Shown: piece by piece, positions 49,910-60,523 of the stretch
Layout of the letters: every line of letters starts with the position of its first letter
Position numbering within the stretch: the stretch's first letter is position 1
Origin: Hormiphora californensis
Lineage: Eukaryota; Animalia; Ctenophora
Length of the DNA: 64,000 nt
Direction: 5' to 3'
NCBI GenBank assembly: GCA_020137815.1
Contig: CM035351.1
Span: 3,596,001 to 3,660,000, forward strand
Translations under genes and position numbers: made by a program
The notes under the pieces: generated by a model
What the model was told of the DNA's origin: nothing
The model's input: only the letters and a program-made list of their open reading frames with translations
Database searches by the model: none

Positions 49910-50390
49910 CTCCCTGGATGGAGAATGAAGTCAAATTAGGTTTGATGCTCAATTAATAATGATGTACGCACTGAATACTGATTTGAAGCAAAGCTATGGG
50001 AATATTGCTAAAAGCTAAAAAAAGGGAAAGTGATAGCAAAAGATATTCGTTGAGTACGATTTATGAACTAGAGTGTAAGCTAACAGCGCAGAAATCATAG
50101 AATGGAAAGAGAGATATGGTAAGATGTGAAAAGTGTAGACCAATTAAGGGCAAATGGACCTATAAAGTATTTAATTAGTCTGTTGGCCTAATACATGGAG
50201 TAGGAAAAGATTATCTATACAATACATGACGACAAGAATCGCTACAGTTGTCTCAATCGTGGTCTTACATTGCTCGAATTATACAATTGTCTCAAGACAT
50301 GGGAAAAGAAATAAAGAGAGAGAGAGAAAATAAATGCAGGAGAAGAATGAGGTATGAAGATTAATAGAATAAAATGAGATGGAGGGAGAG

Positions 50391-51483
50391 AATATACAGT
50401 CGATGGGGGTTGACTATAACTCTCAACGCATCTAGCCTCTGCCAACAAGTCATGGTGTTGCACTGCACGGAACCCTCCAACTCCGATTCCTTGTTTAACT
50501 AGCCGTACAGCAAGGATCTCGGCTGGATTCGTCTCAGACTAGGCACATATTCCAACACGATAGTAGCAGGAGAGATCAACACTTATACCAAGCACACAGG
50601 GTAGAAACAATCCTTGTGTTCTGGATAAGATAAAATTTTTCTCTAGGTAGTGTGTATCGGACATCAGTAGGCCCCATTATAATTGGTATTTAACACAGTC
50701 AACTCGGAGAAGTACAATGTTATTGATACTTGATTGATAAATCGGGGTGTTCCGAGAGACTGATCCTAAACTGAGCCAATACACACAGCTAGAGCGGAGA
50801 GTCACCGTCATGGTGTGCACTATCACCAGGGTCACAATATACAGTCGATGGGGGTTGACTATAACTCTCAACGCATCTAGCCTCTGCCAACAAGTCATGT
50901 TGAGGGTTATAGTCAACCCCCATCGACTGTATATTGTGACCCTGGTGATAGTGCACACCATGACGGTGACTCTCCGCTCTAGCTGTGTGTATTGGCTCAG
51001 TTTAGGATCAGTCTCTCGGAACACCCCGATTTATCAATCAAGTATCAATAACATTGTACTTCTCCGAGTTGACTGTGTTAAATACCAATTATAATGGGGC
51101 CTACTGATGTCCGATACACACTACCTAGAGAAAAATGTTATCTTATCCAGAACACAAGGATTGTTTCTACCCTGTGTGCTTGGTATAAGTGTTGATCTCT
51201 CCTGCTACTATCGTGTTGGAATATGTGCCTAGTCTGAGACGAATCCAGCCGAGATCCTTGCTGTACGGCTAGTTAAACAAGGAATCGGAGTTGGAGGGTT
51301 CCGTGCAGTGCAACACCATGACTTGTTGGCAGAGGCTAGATGCGTTGAGAGTTATAGTCAACCCCCATCGACTGTATATTGTGACCCTGGTGATAGTGCA
51401 CACCATGACGGTGACTCTCCGCTCTAGCTGTGTGTATTGGCTCAGTTTAGGATCAGTCTCTCGGAACACCCCGATTTATCAAT
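50391..51483. mobile_element. Non-coding retroposed insertion: two inverted, greater-than-unit-length copies of a 445-bp unit, with 14-bp TSD
   Basis: atggagggagagaa at 50379-50392 and 51482-51495; unit start aatatacagtcgatggggg at 50391 and 50836; inversion at ~50899. Confidence 0.88.
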
Positions 51484-51724
51484 GGAGGGAGAGAAAGAGA
51501 GTGAGAGAAAATGGCTGGGTATTATGCTATCAGTAGACACATATACCAGCATACCTGGTAAGTGGTACTTGTCCTTGCTTCTTTCTCTTGAAATAACTAG
51601 CCTCTCATCGGCTAGAAATGTTTTAGTTAGGAGAAAACCAAAATAGTACAAACACATATATTATACGTTATAGCCTGCTCTGTCCACTGGTAGTTAATTA
51701 ATTAATTAATCACTGATATAATTA

Positions 51725-52426
51725 TTAAGCACCGATAACACTAACAGGGGTGGGTGGGGTTACAGTCACATGATCGATAAGTCCAAACTCTTTAGCCTCA
51801 TTACTCGACATGTACGTGTCCTCTCTCCATCACCCGTTCAACGTCCTCCAGACTCGACCCGGTGTGTTTCACATATATGTCATTCAGTTGTTTCCTCAGA
51901 TACAGAATCTCAGCAGCCTGGATGGCTATATCATGAGGCCTGTACCCTGGGCCCCGCCCGAGGGTTGATGGACCATGACCCGGGAATGGGGCAGCGAATA
52001 TCGCATTCCAGGGGCCCCTGCACAGAGAAGTAAAGAGGCTGCACTCATTGCACGACCCACACACCACGTACTGATAGGTGGACTTACATACTGCATTGTA
52101 TCGTAGATTGCTAGTCCTGCGCTGACAAGCCCGCCTGGACTGTTGATGTACATGTTAATGGGTTCTGTGCTGTTTTGTCCTTGGAGGTGCAGCAGTTGTC
52201 CAATGACCAGGCCCGCCAAATGGTCGTCTATTGGGGTCATGATGCAAATAATTCGCTCAGCCAGGAGACGCGAGAAGAGATCGTATGCCCTCTCTCCACC
52301 CCCTACATTTTCAACCACCATGGGGACAAAGTGGACATTCCGTGGGTTCTGTTGTAGGGAGGTAGTTGGTCGGAGGATTGAGGTAGTTGCAGGCCGAGCC
52401 AGCTTAGTTAAACTTCTTAGGGACAT
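51725..52426 (-). CDS. CLPP: Mitochondrial ATP-dependent Clp protease proteolytic subunit; three apparent 1-nt insertions in the 3' part
   Basis: [58 protein letters not shown]; continues in shifted frames DIAIQAAEI...MER and [18 protein letters not shown]. Confidence 0.9.
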
Positions 52427-52676
52427 AGCAGAGCAGTCTAGGAGAGATAGATACGTGTTAGTGATAGAAACAATTGGGGACAGTTTAGAAAAACTCGGAG
52501 TAAATAACCATACCAGTTAGAAAACAGACAACAGTTAAAACAGAAATAAAAGATTGACAAACGCAACGTTTCTAAATAGTGAGGCTATAACACCTCTCTG
52601 CATAACACACACACAGTCAATATGTATCTAAATTATCTAAACACGTGGGGACATGAAACAGGGCCGTGAAAGTACC

Positions 52677-52756
52677 GCATTATATCGCATTATATCGCAT
52701 TATATAATATGTTGCATTATATCGCATAATATCGCATTATATTGCATTATATCGCA
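52677..52756. repeat. (atcgcattat)n short tandem repeat
   Basis: About seven degenerate 10-12-bp units. Confidence 0.8.
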
Positions 52757-52789
52757 GAACTATCCTTATTCCTTTTCCTCAAGGTTTTC

Positions 52790-55633
52790 CTACTCTTCCT
52801 CCACCTCTTTGTTACTGGGCACAGTGTAAATATTGACAGCCTCGCCCTTGGTGTGTAGTTTGGTGTAGTACGTCTTACACAGCTCAATAATATCCTGTTT
52901 AGTGACAGCATCCACCATAGCACTAATCTTGGTGATAGGTACATCAAATCCTGGTATGTGAATCTTCTTCATCTGCCTACCCACTCTACCCACGGGGGAT
53001 GAGAGTCCACTGACCACAGACACAAAGGCCCCTGACCTCGCTAGATCTACATCAATATCAGTAACCAGATCTTCCTCCTCCGTGATTCGTCCTACTACCC
53101 CCTTCACTGCGCTGTATGCCTTGTTTATATCAGTAGACTGGGTCAAGTAGGATGCGATACTGGCCTGTAACCCACTTGGTAACGTGTAGAACCCGTAAGA
53201 TAGCCCCTTACCACGAGTCTCCAGGCCCACAACTCCGTCCAACTGAGACCACCAATCCTTGAGAACCATCAACTTGACATACAGGGGAGTGTAGATCTCT
53301 AGCTCTGGAACGGGTATAACCGCCACACAGTAGCTGCTCTCCTCGCCGGGAACGTGCGCCACAATGTCACTCTCCATCAGGGATGACATGTCTGGGTTCT
53401 GGAAGGATCGGATTGTAACAAAGTTAGGACACGTAGAGCCCAGTTTAAACATTTCAATAAGCCGGTCTGTGTCCAGAGACTCAAGACTTTCTTGGGATGC
53501 CGCTATGTGTAGTGCCGCGTCCCGTGACATAAGCTCCCCCAGGATTGATTGTACAGTAGCGGCTGCTTCTGTCACACTGACGGCAGATAGGGCTTGTTCC
53601 AGATTGAAGATTGAGCACCTTGAAGCTGTGCTATAGGGGTAAAGGTGTTGGATTTCAAGGGCATGCATAACTGTCTCCCCGTCCCGTTTACACTTTTTAA
53701 TGTTCTTTACTAGCTTCTGGATATACTCACTGATACGAGACTCCTCCGCTACCTGATGGAAAAGAGCCCTCTGGAGAAACTCTAGACACCTCTCCAAGTT
53801 ACCCGGCTTGAAGGTGAATGACAAATAGATCATCTCACCATCACGTGTCATGTCTGTGGTAAGGAACAACTCCTCCCTTTGAGCAGCTACTTCGTCCCCA
53901 GTGAGGGTCGTGTCACCGTCCTTGACGGGCAGGGAACAGAAGGATCGCAGCATTATGGAGATCAGGGGTTTCTCCTGGGCAGAGAACCGATCAGTGTCGA
54001 TCAGGAACACGAATCGGTAGAAGCTACTGTTGATGCAGTGGAGGTATAGCGTTGGTGGTAGATCGGAAACACCCGTGTACAGGGTGCTCTTGTCTAGATC
54101 ACTAAACCTCTGTTTGTCAGGGTGTGCTAGCTCTTCGAACAGAGAATCTGGTATCTTTGGCTTATTGAATGCCTCCGCCTCCTCCAGAATACTCGCACAT
54201 TCCTCTAACTTGGCGTCACCCAGTTCCGCTTTCCTCTTCTCAACTCTCTCTTCATCTTCTTGTTTAGAAGTCTCGTCCATTTCCTCACTGGGTACTGCGT
54301 ACACACAAACCAGAGGGTTCCTAGTTAGATCTGCTAAAGTGGTAACCCAGAACTCTCCTTCCTCCTCCACCAGAGATTGGAGAGTGCTCTCTATGTCACC
54401 AAAGGATGAGAGGTAACCCCCTCCATACAAATGATCCAAAATTATCGCACCAGCAGTGGAGCCAGCCTTACAATTTTCCAGAGTTTGTTTCTCTCTTAGA
54501 ATGGTGTTTTCCACTATCGATCGGATCCGATCCAGATCAATACCCGACCTGATGACGTCATGAATTGTGCTAAACAGGAGATCCCTGATCTCAGTGTGCC
54601 GTGAGACATCTGAGTTGCTGATATACAGTTGGATCACGTTAATCGGATACTCGTACCTGCTCGTCGAGACACTAGAACAGAACGGCTCCGCTGCATGAAC
54701 CAGCGCTTTGGTGAGGGGTGAGGCGGGGGTGTCAGTGAGGTATCCAAGGATGAAATCCTCAGCCATAATACCCCGGATATCAGATAGAGGTCTACTCTGG
54801 AAGCCCATTAGAACACACCCTGGATCAGCATCGTCAGGCGCCGGGAACTTTACCGTGACTTCCTTCATCTCATCCCGGGGCACGGGGGCAACAGGAGTAA
54901 TATTTTCAGTCCTAGCCGGATACTTGGTTTGGAGTAGCTTCTGGTGTAGAGGTTCAATAGCTTTACACAGATCACCTATATCAACCATACCATGGATGAT
55001 AATATTGAGGTTGTCTGGTCGGTAATTTTCCCGGTGGTAATCCCTACATTTCTCAAAGGTGCAGGTAGTCCTCAGATCGTGTAACATCCCACCTGTCTCC
55101 ACGGAGTATGGTGTTCCCTCACCCCACATGACCTTACAGAACTCCCGCTCCGCAATATTGTCCATGGTCATCTCGTAACTCTGCATCTCGCAGTACACAA
55201 CACCCCCGTCCTCACCCTTGCCGTTCAGGTGGTAGACCTCCGTCGTGAAGGTCTGGGGTGTCAGCACGGGGAAGAGAATGTGGTCCAGGAATATGGGGAG
55301 GAAGTTCAAGAACCCCTCCTGACCAGCACACGTGACTGTGTAGCAGGTGTGGTCCTGAGCTGTCCACGCGTTAGTACCCCCTGATAGACATCTACTGGCC
55401 GCGAAGTCAAGGAACCCTTTGGGGTATTTGTCGGATCCCATGAAGACAAGATGTTCAAGGGTGTGGGGTAGGCCCTCCTCTGTGTCGGTCAGGGTCTTGA
55501 ACAGGATCTTGGCACCGATCATGGGGCCCTCGTGGGTGGATATTGTGATGGTGAGATCAGTTCCAGGAAGGCGGTACTTGTAGTAGGGAAGGGACCCATA
55601 GAACTCACCAGTACACTCCAATTGAGGCTCCAT
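52790..55633 (-). CDS. M16C zinc metallopeptidase (C05D11.1/presequence-protease-like), single exon
   Basis: GLPHTLEHLVFMGS (HxxEH), TNAWTAQDHTCY, GVVYCEMQ, Y..ETGG, YHRENYRPDN, RGKGLSYG. Confidence 0.9.
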   Translation of the reverse strand: MEPQLECTGEFYGSLPYYKYRLPGTDLTITISTHEGPMIGAKILFKTLTDTEEGLPHTLEHLVFMGSDKYPKGFLDFAASRCLSGGTNAWTAQDHTCYTVTCAGQEGFLNFLPIFLDHILFPVLTPQTFTTEVYHLNGKGEDGGVVYCEMQSYEMTMDNIAEREFCKVMWGEGTPYSVETGGMLHDLRTTCTFEKCRDYHRENYRPDNLNIIIHGMVDIGDLCKAIEPLHQKLLQTKYPARTENITPVAPVPRDEMKEVTVKFPAPDDADPGCVLMGFQSRPLSDIRGIMAEDFILGYLTDTPASPLTKALVHAAEPFCSSVSTSRYEYPINVIQLYISNSDVSRHTEIRDLLFSTIHDVIRSGIDLDRIRSIVENTILREKQTLENCKAGSTAGAIILDHLYGGGYLSSFGDIESTLQSLVEEEGEFWVTTLADLTRNPLVCVYAVPSEEMDETSKQEDEERVEKRKAELGDAKLEECASILEEAEAFNKPKIPDSLFEELAHPDKQRFSDLDKSTLYTGVSDLPPTLYLHCINSSFYRFVFLIDTDRFSAQEKPLISIMLRSFCSLPVKDGDTTLTGDEVAAQREELFLTTDMTRDGEMIYLSFTFKPGNLERCLEFLQRALFHQVAEESRISEYIQKLVKNIKKCKRDGETVMHALEIQHLYPYSTASRCSIFNLEQALSAVSVTEAAATVQSILGELMSRDAALHIAASQESLESLDTDRLIEMFKLGSTCPNFVTIRSFQNPDMSSLMESDIVAHVPGEESSYCVAVIPVPELEIYTPLYVKLMVLKDWWSQLDGVVGLETRGKGLSYGFYTLPSGLQASIASYLTQSTDINKAYSAVKGVVGRITEEEDLVTDIDVDLARSGAFVSVVSGLSSPVGRVGRQMKKIHIPGFDVPITKISAMVDAVTKQDIIELCKTYYTKLHTKGEAVNIYTVPSNKEVEEE

Positions 55634-55848
55634 AATGTTGTAACGTGGACTGCTATAGGGAGTCTGGGAGAGAGTTAGGGAGTTAGGGAGAAATAGGGAG
55701 TATGGAAATCGGAAGAGAGTTAGGGAGATAATCGGGGATGTGGAATGAGGAGATTTAGGGATTGAACAGAGTTAGTGGGGTATAAAACAATCAACACAGG
55801 TCAATTTACGGATAAAAACAATTAGATAAATGGTCATACACTAAAACT

Positions 55849-57696
55849 TTAATTACTCTCCGGGAACTCTATAGCAAGTTTCTCAAATGTCTTCTTTTTG
55901 TACCCCACAGCCTCACTACTCTCCTTCTCCGGGTTCCTCCACAGGGTAACGTCAGCATCCAGCACTCCCCCGATAATCTCCAACCCAAAGTACCGCTTAA
56001 ACAGCCTCTCCTCCTCAATCACATGTGCAAAGCCCCCATCAAGCCCGAACTCCACACTAAAATAAGGTAATCCCTGGGGTACACAATTCCTTAGGTTTTT
56101 CTTCCGAGTGTCGACCAGCTTCTTGTTCTGCGACCACTCGACATCACAATCCAGGATGGCCTTTTTGAAGTAAGCGGGCAGCATCGTCCCCTCCTCCTCC
56201 GGGACAGGGACACAGTCGATAAAGATGTGTTTCCGTTGGTCCAAACGGGATGCAAACTCAAGGAATACCGTGTCGTACTTCAGGTTTGAGAATTTCCTGA
56301 CAAGAGCTGACTTGACAAGGGCGAGCTCCCTCCAAAAGTCTTCATCCCCGTTAACTGATGCTATGGTATGGGCAGTGGGCACTATTTGGCAGTGATGGCT
56401 CGTTAGAGATTTCCACGGGGGTACTCTCACATACAGACTCTGCCCAATGAAAACAATAGAGCCCCTACTGCACTTTTCAAGGCACATGGTACACGATTCC
56501 AGTCGTTTGTGCTCCCTCTGGTTTTCTGCGATCAGTTTATCGACATCCTTAGAACCATCTTTGGTTTTAGCAATGTTGGAGACAAACATGTCATCAAGAG
56601 TCCAATCATGTTGCTCTGACATTTTGGAGAGCTTGCTGGCGTATTTGAGGAACAGGTGATCCTGGCCCAAGGATGAGTCAGTTTTTTCCTCCCGGACTAG
56701 ATCCCTCAGTTCCTTGCTGTCATCGTCAGGGAAGTATCTGTCTCTTTCTCCGTCCTTTGCGTGGGTCACACTCAGCTTGTCCTTCTTTTTCTTTCTCTTC
56801 CCTGACCTGTCTTGCTCAGTGTTCACGAAGACCGGTCTGACGTTACCCTTTGCATCCGTCTTAGTGAGTATAACAGTTTCCTCTCGCCGTTTGGTAGCAG
56901 GCTGTGCCCTTTGTTGCTTCTTCATTTCTGCCATTTTGGCAGTCAACTTTGCGACTTTTTCAGCGTTACCAGTCAACTCAGCCTTGAGGATTCGTGCTGA
57001 TAACTTGTTTAGATCATCATCTGTCACTGTTTTAGCGGGCTCAGTGGCTTCCTCTGGTTTTGGAGGACTCGGTGACCTGTCTTTCGTTGTTGGGCTCTTT
57101 GATCTGTCTCTCATTTTGGGACTTCTGTCTCTATTTTTTGGACTTCGGGATTTGTTCTTTCTGTGAGGACTATGAGATCTATCCCGTCTCTTCGGACTAC
57201 GAGATCTGTCTCTTCCTTTAGGGCTGCGAGATCTTTCTTTCCTCTTAGGACTGCGGGATCGTTCTTTTCTCTTAGGGCTGTGGGATCTGTCTCTCTTTTT
57301 AGGGCTGCGAGATCTGTCCCTCCTTTTAGGACTGCGAGATCTCTGCCTATGTCTCTCAGGTTTCTTGAAAGCGAGCTTGCTACTTGAGGAACTTTTTCGA
57401 CTATGATCATCGTTTCGCGACTTCCTCTTCTTCATGGCCTCTTTCATCTCTTTCAGTTTCCTCTTATTCTCCTCCACAGCTGCGGTGGGTTGATGATACC
57501 CACTGCCCCCGCTCATAATATGAAGTCCCGGGGCAGAATAATCGTACTCAGGCACGGTGTTTTCTTCTTTCTCTTTCTCCTTCCTTTCCTTCTCAGAGGG
57601 GGCATCTGTAAGGGTGGACAGCATGTCCGTCATCCAGTCTTCCCGCTTAGGAGCAGATGTTGTGGAAGGGGGCAAAGCGGGGCCATAGTGCGACAT
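55849..57696 (-). CDS. CWF19L2: CWF19-like protein 2 with RS-repeat region
   Basis: KREDWM, LNKLSARILKAELTGN, RYFPDDD..LRDLVREEK, CTMC, HCQIVP, YFKKAILDCDVEWSQNKKL, PYFSVEFGLDGGFAHVIE. Confidence 0.93.
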   Translation of the reverse strand: MSHYGPALPPSTTSAPKREDWMTDMLSTLTDAPSEKERKEKEKEENTVPEYDYSAPGLHIMSGGSGYHQPTAAVEENKRKLKEMKEAMKKRKSRNDDHSRKSSSSSKLAFKKPERHRQRSRSPKRRDRSRSPKKRDRSHSPKRKERSRSPKRKERSRSPKGRDRSRSPKRRDRSHSPHRKNKSRSPKNRDRSPKMRDRSKSPTTKDRSPSPPKPEEATEPAKTVTDDDLNKLSARILKAELTGNAEKVAKLTAKMAEMKKQQRAQPATKRREETVILTKTDAKGNVRPVFVNTEQDRSGKRKKKKDKLSVTHAKDGERDRYFPDDDSKELRDLVREEKTDSSLGQDHLFLKYASKLSKMSEQHDWTLDDMFVSNIAKTKDGSKDVDKLIAENQREHKRLESCTMCLEKCSRGSIVFIGQSLYVRVPPWKSLTSHHCQIVPTAHTIASVNGDEDFWRELALVKSALVRKFSNLKYDTVFLEFASRLDQRKHIFIDCVPVPEEEGTMLPAYFKKAILDCDVEWSQNKKLVDTRKKNLRNCVPQGLPYFSVEFGLDGGFAHVIEEERLFKRYFGLEIIGGVLDADVTLWRNPEKESSEAVGYKKKTFEKLAIEFPESN

Positions 57697-58018
57697 GTCT
57701 AGAACAGAGCTGGAGTTAGGAATCGATCTAGGTTTAGAGAAATAAGGGGTCAGTAATCAGTATTCAGTATACAGACTATACACACGTACTATATAATTTT
57801 CTCGTACGATGTTTTATGGGAAATTAAGTGACAGGGTCAGTAGAAAAACAATGAAGCTGTAAACATTATAATAGTTCATGTACATGTTTCAATCTAAAAT
57901 TACTAAAAACAAATCAAACCCACTTTCACACACACAAACAATAAATAACCCTAGCCCCCGTTTAAAGTATAAACCCACCGTGGCTCGAAAGGATCAAAAT
58001 CATAATTCATTCTGGGAC

Positions 58019-59422
58019 TTAGACTGGGACTACAAATTGATCTAAAAATATAATGTCTTCCTCGTCATCATTATGAATTTCATGACCAAGTGCATCATCA
58101 TGATCATCAAATTCATCAACCATCCACTCAGGTTCTACAGTCCCCTCAAACAGTTTACCCACACACCCACTACCACTAGACCTACTATAATGCCCGTAGG
58201 GGTCTTTCATAGGTAACTTTTCACCACACAACCAGCACATGAAGCCCTTACAAACTGAACACTGAACTTTATTGCAACCCGTGTCCAGTTCAATCATTGC
58301 TTTACACGTTGGACATGGTTTGGAGTGCTCCTGGAGCCACAGGAACGTCTGCATGTTATTCACAATCTCGTCAACCTGGGCTTTCCCATATTTCCGATAT
58401 AATAACTTTATTTCAGCATCATTTCCCTCGTTGTAAATCCTGCAGATATCCTTATACTTGCCGCTTTTAATCTCACACCGATTGTTTACACCATGCCAGC
58501 TCTTCTCACACAAAACACAGAACACAAATCCACAGTCGTCACAACACGCCATGTCGATATCCGGATCTTTCACTACAAAATTCTCACACAGCTTCCGGGG
58601 ACACTTGAACACGTCTATCATTTGGTCCAAAGTTCGCTGTAGCAAAAATCTCTCATATTTCTCAAAAAGTTCTGGATCCACCAATTCCTTGACCTGGTTA
58701 GGTAGGGCACTGGATTCGCACTTAGCGGAGGGACATGTGATAGCGGTGACACTCCCCTCACCGATCATCACCTCAAAGAATCCTTTCATGCAGGTCTTAC
58801 AGAAGACATGACCACAGGGCAAGAACTCCACACATACAGAACCGATGTGCTCCTCAAAACATACACTACATGAGTGGGTCGTTTTACGAAACAGAAACAC
58901 TCGGTAATCGTAGTCAAATGTACACAGCTGACCCACCAAATTAGCTGGAATATCTTCTGGCACTCGTATACAGTCGGTCAATCTAGTTAGCTCCCAGCAA
59001 TCATCTATTAAGAATGAAGCCCACGTGAACAGCACAACGTCCCCATCCCATTCTTCCAAAAGTTTAGTTCTTATTTCACTCAGCTGCTCTTCTCCCAGCC
59101 AAGAACAAGACAAAGAGACATCAGGTGGACTGCTCAAGGGATAATCCTCTGGTAGAGAAAACTTGAGAGTTATTGGGGGTAAGTGTTTGATAATGTAGTG
59201 GTTAATGTTAGTATCTTTTTCCTCCGCTAAATGTCTCAAATTCTTGGGTATGGCAGCGGTATCGGGTAATTCAAGTGTCAAAATGTCGAAGGGTAGAGCA
59301 AGGATCGCTTTAAATTTTCCAGTTGTTGGTTTTCCCTCTTTTACTCGAAGTTCGTCGGCCGTATAAATGCTTTGTAGTGCAACGATTTCATCATTTTGGG
59401 CCTCACGATTGTCGGATTCCAT
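58019..59422 (-). CDS. RNF14: RBR E3 ubiquitin ligase with N-terminal RWD domain
   Basis: NREAQNDEIVALQSIY, HLPPITL.F.LP.DYP..SPP, RING1 CSVC..CGHVFC..C, IBR, RING2 CPTC..IE..GCNKVQC..C..MCWLC, PYGHY. Confidence 0.92.
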   Translation of the reverse strand: MESDNREAQNDEIVALQSIYTADELRVKEGKPTTGKFKAILALPFDILTLELPDTAAIPKNLRHLAEEKDTNINHYIIKHLPPITLKFSLPEDYPLSSPPDVSLSCSWLGEEQLSEIRTKLLEEWDGDVVLFTWASFLIDDCWELTRLTDCIRVPEDIPANLVGQLCTFDYDYRVFLFRKTTHSCSVCFEEHIGSVCVEFLPCGHVFCKTCMKGFFEVMIGEGSVTAITCPSAKCESSALPNQVKELVDPELFEKYERFLLQRTLDQMIDVFKCPRKLCENFVVKDPDIDMACCDDCGFVFCVLCEKSWHGVNNRCEIKSGKYKDICRIYNEGNDAEIKLLYRKYGKAQVDEIVNNMQTFLWLQEHSKPCPTCKAMIELDTGCNKVQCSVCKGFMCWLCGEKLPMKDPYGHYSRSSGSGCVGKLFEGTVEPEWMVDEFDDHDDALGHEIHNDDEEDIIFLDQFVVPV

Positions 59423-59830
59423 CTAATCGAACTACAATTACATTCTAGAAGAGGTGAGTAGTAAGCTTTTTGGTTACAAAATACCCAAATAAGCTACAAG
59501 GGACCGCAATGGTGAATGGTGAGCAGTTGACTGAGAATCGCTTTTAAGGAACGCAAATGTTCGTGTTTTCGCGTCGGGTTTTGTGAAATTTCCAAAGTTT
59601 GAAACGCCTAAAAGATAAAAATATAGACGGGCATTTGATGTAGCGCGTGAAAATATGAATGTTTTCGCGCTGCAATTCAGGCGCGCACACCCTTTCGAAC
59701 ATAACAGATCGGAAGACATTTCAAAAATCGTAAAATTCCAAATTTCAAAAGACAAAACATTAAACACAACTCAAAAGTCAAAACTCAAAAGTGAGATTCT
59801 TTTACCGTTTCTGAGACCTGTTTTAGTGAC

Positions 59831-60376
59831 ATGGGCTCGTTTTATACGTTTCGGTGTCAGTGGCCCAACTGCCAGATGAAAAGTGAGACGCTTGATGAGC
59901 TTATCAGCCATGTTGAAAATATACACATCCCCAAAGAACGTGCAAACCACGACGACCCCGAGAGACAGAGCCATCAACTGCCCATGTCCTGTATTTTCTC
60001 CTATACTGGCGGCCCTCTTAGAATACGCTGTAAGCGGTCACGTCATATTGAGCGGATGCAGCGTGATGGTTATTCCAGTAGAATCGAAAAAGAGTGTACC
60101 CCAGAGCAGCTTCACGATCGTTTCAACTTTGATGAAGATGATTTCGCTTCTCACTCGCAACAGACTCCTGTAGCCGAAGAGCATCTTTTGAAAATGGACA
60201 TGGCAAATCAGGATCAGCGAAGGATAAAGACAGGCATTTTGAAAGCCACGGCTCGAAATCAAGAAAGCCACAAATGTCATTGTGGTAAATCATATCGAAG
60301 TCATAATGGGCTTAGAAATCATATGTTAACTTATCATGCGGTTAGAGGACCACCAATGAACCCTGAAGACAGTTGA
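59831..60376 (+). CDS. JAZF1: JAZF1-like C2H2 zinc finger protein
   Basis: N-terminal C.W..C....TL.ELI.HVE..H then LPMSCI; C-terminal KCHCGKSYRSHNGLRNHM..YH, as in JAZF1. The middle finger is not seen. Confidence 0.7.
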   Translation: MGSFYTFRCQWPNCQMKSETLDELISHVENIHIPKERANHDDPERQSHQLPMSCIFSYTGGPLRIRCKRSRHIERMQRDGYSSRIEKECTPEQLHDRFNFDEDDFASHSQQTPVAEEHLLKMDMANQDQRRIKTGILKATARNQESHKCHCGKSYRSHNGLRNHMLTYHAVRGPPMNPEDS

Positions 60377-60523
60377 GGTAGTAAGTTGGTTGGGAAGTGT
60401 GCAGTGGTTATTTTGCTGAGTGTTATGTAATAATGAATTGTAAGATTGATTGTGTTCTACCCGATTTGTTTCATTATAAAAGTCTCACAAATATTTTCAG
60501 CTCACTTTCCTTCTTTCCAGCCC

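Noticed and set aside
51086-51135. Possible hammerhead core ctgatgtccgatac in the 445-bp unit
   Set aside because: Two mismatches to invariant core positions and no matching stem I or III; not called.
50677-51536. Repeated MFRETDPK ORFs on both strands
   Set aside because: Products of the inverted tandem structure, with non-ATG starts and no domain.
55664-55730. TTAGGG telomere-like repeats
   Set aside because: Only a few dispersed copies; on the minus strand they are CCTAAC branch-point-like motifs before the M16 acceptor.
52790-59422. Intronless genes as bacterial horizontal transfers
   Set aside because: RNF14 and CWF19L2 are eukaryote-specific, CLPP has a presequence-like N-terminus, and all have eukaryotic acceptor signals.
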